DNA of 64,000 bases from Octopus sinensis (lineage: Eukaryota). Positions within the stretch are counted from its first letter, which is position 1. Each line of letters begins with the position of its first letter. Location: NCBI RefSeq assembly GCF_006345805.1, contig NC_043011.1:29958464-30022463 (forward strand), given 5' to 3'. Made by a program: the position numbers and the translations under genes. Shown piece by piece: positions 41,751 to 55,798 of this stretch. The notes beneath the pieces are model-generated. The model was not told the origin of the DNA, did not search any database, and worked only from the letters and a program-made list of their open reading frames with translations.

Positions 41751-42611
41751 CTACTTCAAATTTTAGCACAAGGTCTGCAATTTTAAGGGAATGGGTAAAT
41801 TGATATCTCTTTCTTTACTACCCACAAGGGGCTAAACACAGAGGGGACAAACAAGGACAGACAAATGGATTAAGTCGATTACATCGACCCCAGTGCGTAA
41901 CTGGTACTTAATTTATCGACCCCGAAAGGATGAAAGGCAAAGTCGACCTCGGCGGAATTTGAACTCAGAACATAGCGGCACGGCTACGCATTTCGCCCAG
42001 TGTGCTAACGTTTCAGCCAGCTCGCCGCCTTAATGGGTAAATTGATATAATCGACTCCAGTGCTCATCTGGTACTTATTTCATCAACTGCAAAAGGGTGA
42101 AAATCATAGTTGACCTCAGTATCATTTGAATACCAAACACAAAACCAGAAGAAATGCCGCTAAATATTTTGTCCATGCAGTAATGATTCCACCAGCTGGC
42201 CTCCTTCAAAGTGAAACAAAATAGCAAATTCTGACAGCAGATAAATACTCTAACTGTATTTTACACTTGTTGTGTTAGAGTTCATTATGTTGAACAATAT
42301 CCAACACCCATCCTCTGCTCTTTCTTTTTATCTTTACTTACCTACTTTTTTTATTTTATTTTATTTATTTATTTGTTTGTTTATTTATTGCTGTCTTTTC
42401 ATTTTTACAAGATGAATGTTAGACACGGAAAGGTAATTGGTTAAACATTAGTAATAATCAGCAACAATAACAACAACAAAAACAATAATAATATTTATTG
42501 TTGTTATTATTATTATTATTATTACTATTGTTATTATCATCATCATCATCATCATCATCATTATTATCATTATCATCGTCATCATCTTCATCATCTTTAT
42601 TATTATTATTA

Positions 42612-42658
<47 letters not shown>

Positions 42659-42884
42659 GTTATTTAGAATGAGAAAGAAGAGGAAAGAGTAGATATAAAG
42701 GAGCAAAAAGAAAACAAGCAAAAACAAAAAGTGAAAAAATAAATAATATGTCTCTGACTGAACACGTGAAATAATTATTCTCTTCCACAAGGATGATATC
42801 CTTTGAAACAACTGAACAATCAAAAGAAAAACAAAAAAAAAAACAAAAAAAACATTATCAGAGTTGAATGAATCATGAACTTAC

Positions 42885-42951
42885 GTCTTTGAATAATTGA
42901 TTTGCTTTTTCTTTGCCCAAGACACACAGACAGCAGAAGAAAGCAGGATGA
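42885..42951 (-). other. Candidate 67-nt exon (coding status unknown)
   Basis: Acceptor cttaacctttttgcag, donor GTAAGT; all three frames are open. Confidence 0.55.
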
Positions 42952-43289
42952 CTGCAAAAAGGTTAAGATGATACTTTTCCTACGGTCATTGTGATGTGTG
43001 TCACTGACCTATCTATATCTGGATGATGAACATGGAACATGTGGTATTCCTACCATGGGTGGTGAATGAGTGGAGTCAAGAGACAGCATTGGACAAAATG
43101 GATTGCACGAGGTGCAGATGTGGCTGTGAGATTAAGAAGCTTGCTTACCAGCCACATGGTTTCAGGTTCAGTTCCAGTTTGTGACACATTCAGCATGTGT
43201 TTTCTTCAATGGCCCTGGGCCAATAAAACCTTGTAAGTGAATTTAGTAGACGAAAACTGAAAGGAGCACACTGTCTCTCTCTCTTTCTC

Positions 43290-43332
<43 letters not shown>

Positions 43333-44726
43333 ATTTATCTATCTATTTATCTATCTTTCTATCTATCTATCTACCTACCTACCTATCTACATACCTATTT
43401 ATGTAATATACCATATATCTCCATGGAGGCACATGGCTTAGTGGCTAGGGTGTCAGCATCATGATCATAAGATTGTGGTTTCGATTCCTGGACTAGGTGA
43501 CGCCTTGTGTTCTTGAGCAAAACACTTCATTTCACGTTGCTCCAGTCCACTCAGCTGGCAAAAATGAATAACGCTGTGATGGACTAGCGTCCCATCCAGC
43601 TGGGGAACACATATACCATTGAAACTGGGAAACTGGGCCCATGAGCCTGGCTAAGCTTTAAAAGGGTGCATTTATTTTATTTATTATATATCTTCTGTCA
43701 ATCTTTCAGGCTCAGTTCATATCATTAGATGTATTTAAGAAGCAGGGTGTTGGTTTATGAGAAAATGATGAGAAAAAGCAAGAAGAAAATGATTTAGCTA
43801 TGTGGGTCATTAAGGCACACAATCATAGATCTTGCAAGCTTGGATCACAACAAGGGCTGGATCATGTGGTAACATTAGATTATCCTGCATTAAGCAATGC
43901 TTGTACAGATTTATTGAATATTTGTTGTTCAATTAGCCATATTTTTGGAGTGTAGAATAAGTTCTTCACCTAGCTTAATTCCACTTTTGATACCGACTTT
44001 CTTGAAACCATCCCTACTTTTATAATACAGACAATCTGCCAAACTATCCAACCCATGAGAGTATGGACAATAGAAATTGAATGTAGAAGAAGAAGAAGAA
44101 GAAGAAGAAGAAGAAGAAGAAGAAGAAGAAGAAGAAGAAGAAGAAGAAGAAGAAGCAGCAGCAGTAGCAGTAGTAGTAGTAGTAGTCAGACAGTCAGTCA
44201 GTCAGTCAGTTAGTCATTGAATACTATCAGAATAGTTTATTTTACTGTCCAAAATATCAATGTATCTCACTTTAGTTCACTGTCTGCAAAGATAATTAAC
44301 TCCATTTAAAATCTTATACTTTAACAACAAACATTTTCATGCAAATTATATTAGACATATTACAAGAACTAAGTAGATAGCTACATGGTTCTGGTTATAT
44401 TATTAATGGGTCTGTTGTTCTTTGCTTCACACAAATTGGAGTTTATAATACCTAATACCTGTTATATTAAAATATCATTAATTACAGCATTTGATGCGTG
44501 AAAGACACGCCCTAATTGCAGCAACATATATTCAGGAGAAAATATTTTTAATATATTGAAGTATGTAATATAAGCCCTTTGCATATAGGACCTGGAGTGA
44601 TTTTTGTCTGGGAAATTTTTAAGGGAATAAAAAGTATCTAACATGCCATCAAATACAGTAATTATAACTCAGTAAAATAGCTATAAATATTCAAATTTAC
44701 TATCCCAGTGAGAGGATTGAAAGTTA

Positions 44727-45225
44727 CATCATCATCATCATCATCTCATCATCGTTTAACGTCCGCTTTCCCTGCTAGCATGGGTTGGACAATTTGACTG
44801 AGGTCTGGTGAACCAGATGGCTGCACCAGACTCCAATCTGATCTGGCAGAGTTTCTACAGCTGGATGCCCTTCCTAATGCCAAGCACTCCGAGAGTGTAG
44901 TGGGTGCTTTTACATGCCACCAGCACGAGGGCCAGTAAGGTGGTACTGGCAATGGCCACGCTCAAATGGTGCTTTTTATGTGCCACCTGCACAGGAGCCA
45001 GTCCAGTGGCACTGGCAACAACTTCACTTGAATGTTTTTTCATGTGCCACCAGCACAAGTGCCAGTAAGGCAACACAGGTAACGATCACGCTCGAATGGT
45101 GCTTTTTATATGCCACCGTCATGGAGGCTAGCTTGTTGCTCTGGCAACAATCAAGCTCGTATGGTACTCTTAGCACTCCACTAAGCACGGATGCCAGTTA
45201 TCGAATTTGATTTCGATTTCACATA
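44727..45225 (-). mobile_element. SINE family D with RTE-like 3' end and (GAT)n tail
   Basis: Reads aggaagggcatccagctgtagaaa..gcggacgttaaacgatgatg, with internal ~60-bp tandem units. Other copies lie at ~24105-24460, 37170-37360 (+) and 49643-49878. Confidence 0.8.
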
Positions 45226-45299
45226 GTTAAGCTATTGAAGTACTCCTTATTGCATAAATCTAGCATGGTTAGCTACTTCTGATCTGTTATAACATTTAC

Positions 45300-45482
45300 C
45301 TGGAAAACTTTATATCAACTGCATTCATTGAATAAATATCTAAACAGAAGTCACAGAATAAGGAATAAGCTGCTGCCAAAATCTGGTCTAATATATTTCA
45401 AAATCGAGAAACTTATAGCCATCCATTGCAGTCGCATTTTTTGCCTTAACTATATACATGTGGACATTCTAAGAAATCTTTG
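45300..45482 (-). other. Candidate exon containing a possible start codon (ATG at 45328)
   Basis: Acceptor ttcttctttatatatttccaatag, donor CAG|GTAAAT. Confidence 0.35.
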
Positions 45483-45646
45483 CTATTGGAAATATATAAA
45501 GAAGAAACCAATAAAATAAAAATAATTTGTCTGGTGGTAGTTTATTCAGAATTTTGCCTATGATGTATTCCGGGATCGATAAATGATCTGTTTTATGCTA
45601 CTAGCAAGTCAATAGACTTTTTGATGTCAGCATGCTGTGATGTTCA

Positions 45647-45728
<82 letters not shown>

Positions 45729-45746
45729 ATAATAATAATAATAATA

Positions 45747-45799
<53 letters not shown>

Positions 45800-45803
45800 A
45801 ATA
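45647..45803. repeat. Compound (CTA)n(ATA)n(ATG)n microsatellite
   Basis: Read directly from the sequence. Confidence 0.95.
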
Positions 45804-45829
45804 ATGGGCAAGCTCAGGAATAATTGAGA

Positions 45830-46245
45830 ACGACAAGGTAAATATACTGTGGGGTGTAAAGATCCTGTGTGATTATGAAACTGAACATCGAAAGAGGAAT
45901 AAAAAGGGAAAAAGCTTGTTTAATCATGGATATTGCATTCCCTGGTGATGACAAAGTATCAGAAAGTGAAGAGAAACAGGTCAGTTACAATGATTTGAAC
46001 TGGGAAATAAAAAAAAAAACTGTGATCATTGAAAAAGGAAAATGTTATACCTATTGTTATAAGAGCTTTGGGTACTGTAAATACCAAGACCACAAACTGG
46101 ATTGAAAAGATAGGAGTAAATATGAAGATAGAGCTTCTACAGAAAATAATGTTGTTTGGAATTGCATAAATCCTTCACAGAATTCTCAGAATCTAAATCA
46201 AGAGTGTAACCAACCTAAGTCCACCGTTTGTGGACAGCTGACACT
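45830..46245 (+). mobile_element. Degenerate RLE-type LINE 3' end
   Basis: Translates ACLIMDIAFPGDDKV. It shares the 3' motif acagctgacactgt with the 4291 copy and follows an (AAT)n/(ATG)n array. Confidence 0.7.
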
Positions 46246-47672
46246 GTTACCTTCTCAAGTGAAACTGAAAGCACATTGTATAATCATCAGATAAAAGAGT
46301 AATAAAAGTACTTAAGTAAGATAAATGCAAGATTTTGTGGAATTTTCCAATTGAAAAAGATGAGAAAATAGAACAGAAGAAGCCAGGTATCGCAAATGTA
46401 AACAGCAAAAATTGAATTTGGTTGCTGACTGATCTATTGTGTTCATTTGATCCTGGGATTGTGGAGAAGGAAAATGAAAAGGTGATAAAATACAATCCCT
46501 TAGAATATAAGATTGAAAGGATTTGGAACATGTAATTTGTAAAGGTTTTACCTGTGATAATTGGTGTATTAAGGGCTGTGAGTGATGAAATAGACGAATG
46601 ATTAAAGGAGATTGAAATGGGATGTTGTCTTTTACCTTTTACTTATAATTAGACTGCAGCCATGCTGGGGCACCACCTTGAAGAATTTTTAGTCAAATGA
46701 ATCGACACCAGTATTTATTTTTTATAAGCCTGGCACTTATTCTGTTGGTCTCTTTTGCCAAACTATTAAGTTAAAGGGATGTAAACACACCAACACCAGT
46801 TGTCAAGCAGTGGTGGAGACAAAATCAGACGCACACACATAGATATATGCATATATACAATGGGCTTCTTTCAGTTTCCCTCCACCAAAACCACTCACAA
46901 GGATTTGGTCAGCCTGAGGCAATGGTAGAAGGCACTTGCCCAAGGTGCCGTGCAGTGGGACTGAACCCAGAACCATGAGATTAAGAAGCAAGCTTCTTAC
47001 TACACAGCCACAAATTTCTACAGAAATGTTACCTCTTAGGAACAGGAAAGATCATCAGAAATATTTTGAGCTCTTGGTGGCTCATTGAAGCCAAGTGAAT
47101 ATCTAAGGTTACAAGCAGTAACCTGCTACCCATTCTTCAATTCTTCAATTCTACCAGGAATGAGTCCAATTCTGAGTACAGTCGAATAGCAATAATTACT
47201 CTTTGTAATTCTGGCTTAAGATCAGCAATTTGGAGGGAAGGGGCAAGTTGATGACATTGAGCTCAGTACTTGTTCAGTACTTTATTTTATGAAACTTGAA
47301 AAGAATGAAGGCAAAGTTTACTATGATGGGATTTGAACTCACAACGTAAAGAAAACGTAACTAAGCATTTCATCCCATGTGCTAATAATTCAGCCAACTA
47401 ACTGCCCTAATAATAATAATAATAATAATAATATAATAATGATAATAATGATAATGAGAAGAAGAAGAAGAAGAAGAAGAAGAAGAATTCTCCTGATGTG
47501 CATTTTTGTAGAAGGGTCTACTTGATTACATTGACCCCAATGCTCAACTGGTACTTATTTTATTGATCCTAACAGGATGTAAATAAAGTTAACCTCAGCA
47601 GGATTTGAACTCAGAACATAAAGAACCAAAAGTAATGCTGCTAAGTATCTGATTCAGCTCAACACTTTACCC

Positions 47673-47717
<45 letters not shown>

Positions 47718-47741
47718 TGATGATAATGATAAAAATAATAA

Positions 47742-47850
47742 TACAGTAACCATAAGAACATCATAGCAAACCACAGCACATACCCAAGTCACACAGAGCT
47801 GCGCTTGGTAGTGAAGTGAAAGCACATTATAAAAATAAAACTACTGAATA
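47742..47850 (+). mobile_element. 3' UTR fragment of the same family as 39600
   Basis: Shares cacagcacatacccaag..cacacagagctgcgc..ggtagtgaagtgaaagca with 39600; flanked by (AAT)n. Confidence 0.7.
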
Positions 47851-47883
47851 ATAATGATAATAATAATAATAATAATAATAATG

Positions 47884-47920
<37 letters not shown>

Positions 47921-48725
47921 TGATGATGATGATGATAATGATAATAATAATATTAATAATGATAATAATATTAATATTAATAATGATGATGATGATGATG
48001 TTGATGATGATGATGAATGAGAAGACATTAAAATGACCAGTGTTAGAAAAGCAACCAAAGGGGTGAGGATGGTGCTGGTTTATGCAGAATTAATTATGCA
48101 TAAAATAAATAAAAAACGACTCCTGACAATGCAACAGTGAATTGAAAAATACTGTTAAATATAGTAAACCAATTCAGTATAAGAACTAATATAAAATTTA
48201 GTTGAGAAGGAAAAAAAACCAAAAAAAACCCAGAAAAATGTACCCAAGAAACAAACTCGAAGAGAGAAAAACATTAATAAATCATGTCAGATGATTGGCT
48301 GATGCTGGCTTATACATACATTGTTTTGTTTATTGTTGGGACATGTGATTACCTATATGACAGATTACAACTATTCTGGGCTTGAATATTCTTTCAACAA
48401 CGACCAGAGATTCTAACTTTTTATCCAACTGCCACACGCGGTTTTAAAATAAAGTTATTAATAGACATCCTTTAAAAATAATCGATTGTCACCAGAAACG
48501 TTAATCGAAAATAACATACTCGGCTTAATGATGTCCACTAGACATAAAACGTTATTAGCCTGTTGGTGTGTAGTGTGAAATGACTTATGTAAGCTTGTCA
48601 GTGAAAGTTAATTACATTGTAAACCAATTATTCTTAAAAAACAAAACAACAATCTGATATTACTCAAAAGAATGAATATACATAGTTGCATATTTTACAT
48701 GCATACAAATAAATAAATAAATAAA

Positions 48726-49320
<595 letters not shown>

Positions 49321-49330
49321 ATATATATAT

Positions 49331-49528
49331 ATATTATATATATATATTTAATAGTCACTAAATGTGACTAGAGTGTTAAAAAACACCTACATAGCTAGAA
49401 ATAAGAGCTAAAATAATTGTTCCCAGTTAGTGTGTATGTTTTCATTTATGAGTGTTAACTACAGCATCAGAGCATTTTAGCTCTTATTTCTAGCAATATA
49501 GGTGTTTTTTGCACATTTAGTAACCAAT
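49331..49528. mobile_element. MITE with ~55-bp TIRs
   Basis: Left actaaatgtg..aaaaaacaccta..gctagaaataagagctaaaat is inverted at 49474-49528. Confidence 0.65.
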
Positions 49529-49900
49529 TATAATTCTGTTTTTTGGTGAAACATTGCAGCTTGCTGTTTATATTAATTTTATATATATATATATATATAC
49601 ATATATGTAAATACATAAATATACATATATATATATATACAACATCATCATCATCATCATTATCATTTAACGTCCGTTTTCCATGCTAGCATGGGTTTGA
49701 CGGTTCGACTGGAGTCTGGGAAGCCAGGAGGCTGCACCAGGCTCCAGTCTGATCTGGCAGTGTTTCTACAGCTGGATGCCCTTCCTAACACCAACCACTC
49801 CATGAGTGTAGTGGGTGCTTTTTACGTGCCACCGGCACAGGTACCAGGGGAGGCTGGCAATCGGTTGGTGCTTTTTACATAGATATATATACATATATAC

Positions 49901-49966
<66 letters not shown>

Positions 49967-50773
49967 TATATATACAAACAGCTTTCTTTAGTTTCCATCA
50001 GCCAAATTCATTCAGCAGGTTTTCATCAGCTTGTGGCTATAGTTGAAGACACTTGCCCAAGGTGTCACACAGTGGGACTGACTCCACAACCCCGAGGTTG
50101 GGAAGCAAGCTTCTTACCACACAGTCACACCTGTGCCTATATGCATTCTTTTCCTCATGCAGACAAAAAATATTCAGGAATATCATTTCCATATTGCATT
50201 AAAATAATTTCCAGGATTAGAATTTTGACCAAAATGTGAAAAGGAACTGAAGCTGGGTATAATAAAAAATAAATTTTACCATTATTCCCTTGAGAACAAA
50301 AATATATTAAAAATTGATAAGAAGTATATATTTGAAGAGTCTAATCAGAAGAAAGCACCTGTGACTTCCCTAAGTTATAATGAGTCTAGAGAATTTTGTC
50401 TCCATTTTCTAATGAATATTTACAAATGTCTGCTGAATAGCTGTTGATGTTATTGAAATACAGTTGCTATCTAGAGTAATATCCATGATATTTTATTGAT
50501 AATAGCAACGTTCTTCAACAGTTTGAAGTGGATAACATATCAAAACTTTTTACAGATTATAATGCAGTCTTGACATTAACATCAACCCTTTTGAGATTTT
50601 TACTGAGATCTTCCTTATTACAGCTTGCTCTGTTTCATATATTAGAAGTAACTTATTAACATATTCACAAGATATGAAGCATTCTAAATACCAAAAGCAG
50701 TATTCACTTACAACTGTGTTTTGTCTCTTCTTAATTTGATTTCTATTTTTTCATCCTCACTCCCACTCTTTAG

Positions 50774-50841
50774 ATATGACAAGTTTAAAATATCATTTAT
50801 TAAAACTGACAAAGCAAAACAAATAACATTTATTGAATTAA
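50774..50841 (+). CDS. Candidate internal exon
   Basis: Strong polypyrimidine acceptor but weak donor GTAACA. YDKFKISFIKTDKAKQITFIEL ends in phase 1, matching the 55698 exon. Confidence 0.25.
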
Positions 50842-50982
50842 GTAACAAAATGAAACAATCATGACATTTTTAGCAAATATCTTCACAAAAATGAGATGCA
50901 CATTTACTGAGAATCAGTGGGGATTAATTCTTCCTAAATTTTGAAAGTTATAAAGGGTGAAATATTTTGTATTTATATGTGA

Positions 50983-51380
50983 CTAGCAGTATCGCCCGGC
51001 GTTGCTCGGGTTTGTAGGGGAAATAACTATATAAGCATTTTTAGAGATGTAAAGTATAATAGCCATCTCAATATGGCTAACCACAAAGGGGGGGGGTGTT
51101 ACTGTAGCTTTTTACGTTCTGAGATTTAATAATAAATTTTTAGAGAGTTACTTTCCTTATATATGCCAAAAATGCATTAAAAATGGGAAAAATTGATGGT
51201 AAATTTTTTTTTAAATCGTAGACTCATCGTAGACGCGCGCTAATATCTAGAAGGGCTCGATATGAATCATGACTATAAGATACCCGGTTTTGGTTAAACT
51301 GCACCGCAAAATGTGGGAGTAGTTAGGAATCTAAATCGTAGGAGACAGACAGCACACAACCTCACTTTTATATATAAAGA
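50983..51380 (-). mobile_element. Non-autonomous Helitron
   Basis: The minus strand has 5'-TC, a subterminal hairpin CCCGAGCAACGCCGGG and a 3'-CTAG end, inserted between A and T. CpGs are retained. Confidence 0.8.
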
Positions 51381-51590
51381 TATCTCTCTTTTACTTGTTT
51401 CAGTCATTTGACTGTGGCCATGCTGGAGCACCGCCATTTTTACTCGAGCAAATCGACCCCAGGACTTATTCTTTGTAAGCCAAGTACTTATTCTATCAGT
51501 CTCTTTTGCTGAACTGCTAAGTTACAGGAACATAAACACACCAGCATCGGTTGTCAAGCGATGTTGGGGGGACAAACACAGATGCACAAG

Positions 51591-51630
<40 letters not shown>

Positions 51631-52389
51631 ATATATATATATATATATACATATATTTGACAGGCTTCTTTCAGTTTCCATCTACCAAATCCACTCACAA
51701 GTCTTTGGTTGGCCCAAGACTATAGTAGAAGACACTTGCCCAAGGTGCCATGCAATGGGACTGAACCCGGGACCATGTGGTTTGTAAGCAAGCTACTTAT
51801 CACACAGCCACTCCTATGCTTATGTAATGTATTTCATCCAAGAAAAACAGCATATTATATTTATCTGTCAAATGTTCTTGTATCTTTTACTTGCTTTAGT
51901 CATTGGACTGCAGACATACTGATGCACTGCATTGAGGTGTTAGTTGAACAAATCAACCACAGTATTTATTGTGCTGAGTTGAAAATTTTGCAATATTTTG
52001 GTAATTTATTTGCTTTATTTGTCAAGTTACAACAAAAGCAGCCTAGCATTCAAAGTAGAGGCCATTGTGTTGCAACCATCTGAAGCCATCTTTCTGCCAG
52101 TTCTTTGATTCTAGGCTGATACTAGTTTTTGTCCTTGGAGGCACAGACCTCCTTCATTGAATCTTCCACCTACTCTTAGTTGATGAACCATCATGCGTGC
52201 AAGAGGTCATGTGTGCAAGAGGTCAGGAGTGCAAGAGGTCATGAGTGCAAGATGAAGCATCATAAGTGCATGGATCAGAACAAGTAATATGCAAGAGAGT
52301 TTAATTCCATCAAGTTTCTGAAGTTTATTCTGGATCATTTGAGTAGTATTAGGTTTCGCATTTTCTTTTCGCAGAAAAGTTTGCTTTCT

Positions 52390-52700
52390 GTCGCTGCACA
52401 ATGACTAAATGTCTGTGAGATACTGAGCTTGCCTGATACTCTCCAAGTGCTATTCACAGGATTTGCCTCTATGGTTTGGATCATGGCCTTGGAATCTACA
52501 GTTTTAGGCCATGACCTTGCCTGATCGTTGAGATTTTTGTAATCCAAGCAAAATTTTTTTAACCATCTGCTTACTATACTATGATCAACTACACCTTCAC
52601 CTTTCATACAACAAATATTTTTGGTTGCTTCCACATCATTATGGCTCAGTTCAAACTCATAAAAATAAGTTCCTGAATTAGTCTACATTGCACAATCCTC
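52390..52700 (-). mobile_element. Mariner transposase HTH relic
   Basis: Translates EATKNICCMKGEGVVDHSIVSRWLKKF..DQARSWPKTVDS..IEANP..STWRVSGKLSISQ. Confidence 0.85.
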
Positions 52701-53472
52701 TGTGCAGCTTTAAAATCACATACGAGGGGAGCAACACAATGTGTCATCACACCAACTACTATGATACTACCAACCTCAGCAGGTATCTTTCACGGCTTGA
52801 ACTGCTTCAGTCATGTGGTATACACACCACAAACTGGCATGTATGCAAATATTGCAAAGCTTTCGACTCACCTCAATAGTAAACAAACCAACACTGGTTG
52901 TTTATTGGTATGGAGGCAGGGAACAACTTCAAAAACAAAGACACACACATTCATACATACATACATACACACATACATACATACATACATACATACATAC
53001 ATACATACATACACGTGTAGATGCATACATACATATATACATGTGAAGGCATGTGGCTGAGTAGTTTTGGTGTAGTGCCTGCGATCATAAGATCATGGCT
53101 TCAAATTCCAGACGGGAGTTGCATTACATTCTTGAGCAAAACACTTAATTTCATATTGGCCCAGTCCACTCAACTGCAAAGGGGTAATCCTGTAATGGCT
53201 TGGCATGGAGTTTGTTGGCCTGCTTTGCTGGCTAAGAGAATGGTGTCATTCAAAGGCTAAAAAGAAGTGAGGAAGTGCATTGTGACCAACAGTACATAAC
53301 ATTTGACAGTCTGGTTGATGCAATAATACACACACACACACATTAATCTATATATATATATATATATGTATACACACACACACATATGTATAAGTATGTA
53401 TATATATATATGTTTGTGTGTCACTAGCCACTACTCATTCTTTATTTTCTCTCCTTGTTTCTTTCTGTGTTC

Positions 53473-53508
53473 CTTTCTGTGGAAGAGTGTAGGCTCAAAA
53501 CATTAAAG
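53473..53508 (+). pseudogene. Decayed hammerhead motif with the same architecture as 14251
   Basis: Reads cttt-CTGTGGA-A-GAGT-gtag-GCTC-AAA-ACAT-T-aaag. The core is mutated at A6, G12 and 16.2; the element is flanked by (TA)n. Confidence 0.4.
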
Positions 53509-53582
53509 CGTTTTCACTTCCCGAGCATTATACTAATATATCTGGTTGTTGTCTACACCACCTGACTTTTTTTGTGAATTCT

Positions 53583-53696
<114 letters not shown>

Positions 53697-53702
53697 GATT
53701 AA

Positions 53703-53775
<73 letters not shown>

Positions 53776-54199
53776 ATGACTGGCTTTCATATATATTCTG
53801 TCTACCAAATTCACTTACAAGGTGTTGGTTAACCTAAGGCTATAGAAGAATACACTTGCCCAATGTGCCATACAGTGAGACTGAACCCAAAGCCATATGC
53901 TTGAAAAGCAAGCTTCTGAATGACACAGCTGAAATAAGATATTATGCAAAGAGATCTCTGTTATTTGAATGAAATGGGTGGAAAGTATTTTATTTGGATA
54001 ACTGAACTGATTGTAACAATAAAAGAAATATTTAACACAATGCCATAAAAAAATATATTTTAGAAAAGATTTTTATGCCCTCAAATCACACAACTGATTG
54101 CTTGTGATCCCCCAATTAGGAATCATGAATAAAGTGTCCTTGTCTATGAATGACTCAATACTTTGAGGCAGTCCTTTGTATTCATTGTCTTTCTGGATG

Positions 54200-54830
54200 A
54201 TGGCACACAATGGCACATCAATATTTCTTCACTGCAGCAATGATTCCCTGATTAAATAGCTATAGCTATGAAGTGGTGTTCAGGTGTCAAAACAAAGACT
54301 TCACGGCTCCATTTAGTGAATCCACTTCACAGTTTTTCATGTTGTGTGACATTGCATTATTAACAAGCAGAAATAAATATTACTCAAGTTCAATGCATAC
54401 TAAATATAATCAGAAGACAGGTAGGTACATATTCTTTCAGAGAACAGAAAGAAAATGTTGACATGTCATTCATGCTTTGTTCAGTGATTTGTACTTCAAG
54501 AGAAATGGTTTCTTTTCACAGTCCTTGATGCAATATGGGTTACACAATGCCTGATGCAGACAAGCAGTATTTTATGAGCACTGATGGTTTTGTTGCAAGG
54601 AAAAATCATAATACCATCCTTCTGCAATTTATATCCCAATGGCTGCTTTTCCTTGGTGGAATCAAATATTTTGTCCAGCAATACAGGCCAAAACAATCCA
54701 CTTTCATCAGCATCATGCAATTGTTCAAGTTCATAATTTTCCTAACAGACAATGGATAGAAGTTTCTGTACAAATCCTATGGGTTTTAGTAAAGAGAATT
54801 TGGGATATCATAAACATGTAGTATGCTCTG
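54200..54830 (-). mobile_element. Tigger/pogo DDE transposase relic
   Basis: Translates DADESGLFW (cf. NADETGLFW), YKSLNKA*MT, LLVNNAMSH and NQGIIAAVKKY across frameshifts. Confidence 0.85.
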
Positions 54831-55138
54831 GTTATCAGTTATTGGAAGGGAGATTATCATTTCTAGATCAGTTTTGATGTGGTCAGGATTTTTAATTTTA
54901 GATCAAAGGGCAAGGAAGAAGATGCATAGATTAGACATATTTACTCTTTTACTTGTTTCAGTCATTTGACTGTGGCCATACTGGAGCACTGCCTTTAGTC
55001 GAGCAAATCGACCCCAGGACTTATTCTATTGGTCTCTTTTGCTGAACCACTAAGTTACGGGGACGTAAACTCACCAGCATCGATTGTCAAGCGATGTTGG
55101 GGGGACAAACACAGACACACAAACATATACACACACAT

Positions 55139-55236
<98 letters not shown>

Positions 55237-55697
55237 ATATATATATACATACATATACATATATACTATGGGCTTCTTTCAGTTTCTGTCAGCCAAATCC
55301 ACTCACAAGGTTTTGGTCAGCCCAAGGCTATAGTAGAAGACACTTGCCCAAGGTTCCCTGTAGTGGGACGGAACCCGGAACCATGTGGTTGGTAAGCAAG
55401 CTACTTACCACACAGCCACTCCTATGCCTATTAAATTATATTTAATAATTTTTATGTTTACTTATTACGAATATCTCAAAATATTTAGTCTTAGATAACA
55501 TGTATAGTGTCATTTCATTCTTACAAGAAATTGTCAGCATGAAGTAGCTCAAAATGTATAAATTTAATTAAATTGAATATTATTATGAAGTGAAACATTT
55601 CTTATAGATGGAAAACAATTTCAGTTTAGAAGACATTAGTGGAATGTGTGTTTTTCAATTTAGTTTTCTTTTTCTTCATACATCGTGAATATTTTAG

Positions 55698-55798
55698 CAA
55701 CTGAAAGAGAAAAGAGAGAAGCTTCTGACCTACAGATTAACTATTTCCGGGGAGTTTTACTTTGCAAAAGTGTTCTTATTGCAGTTACTATTTTAGTT
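55698..55798 (+). CDS. Candidate internal exon, hydrophobic/TM-like segment
   Basis: Pyrimidine-rich acceptor ..attttag, donor GTAAGT. The open frame reads TEREKREASDLQINYFRGVLLCKSVLIAVTILV (phase 1 to phase 0). Confidence 0.5.
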
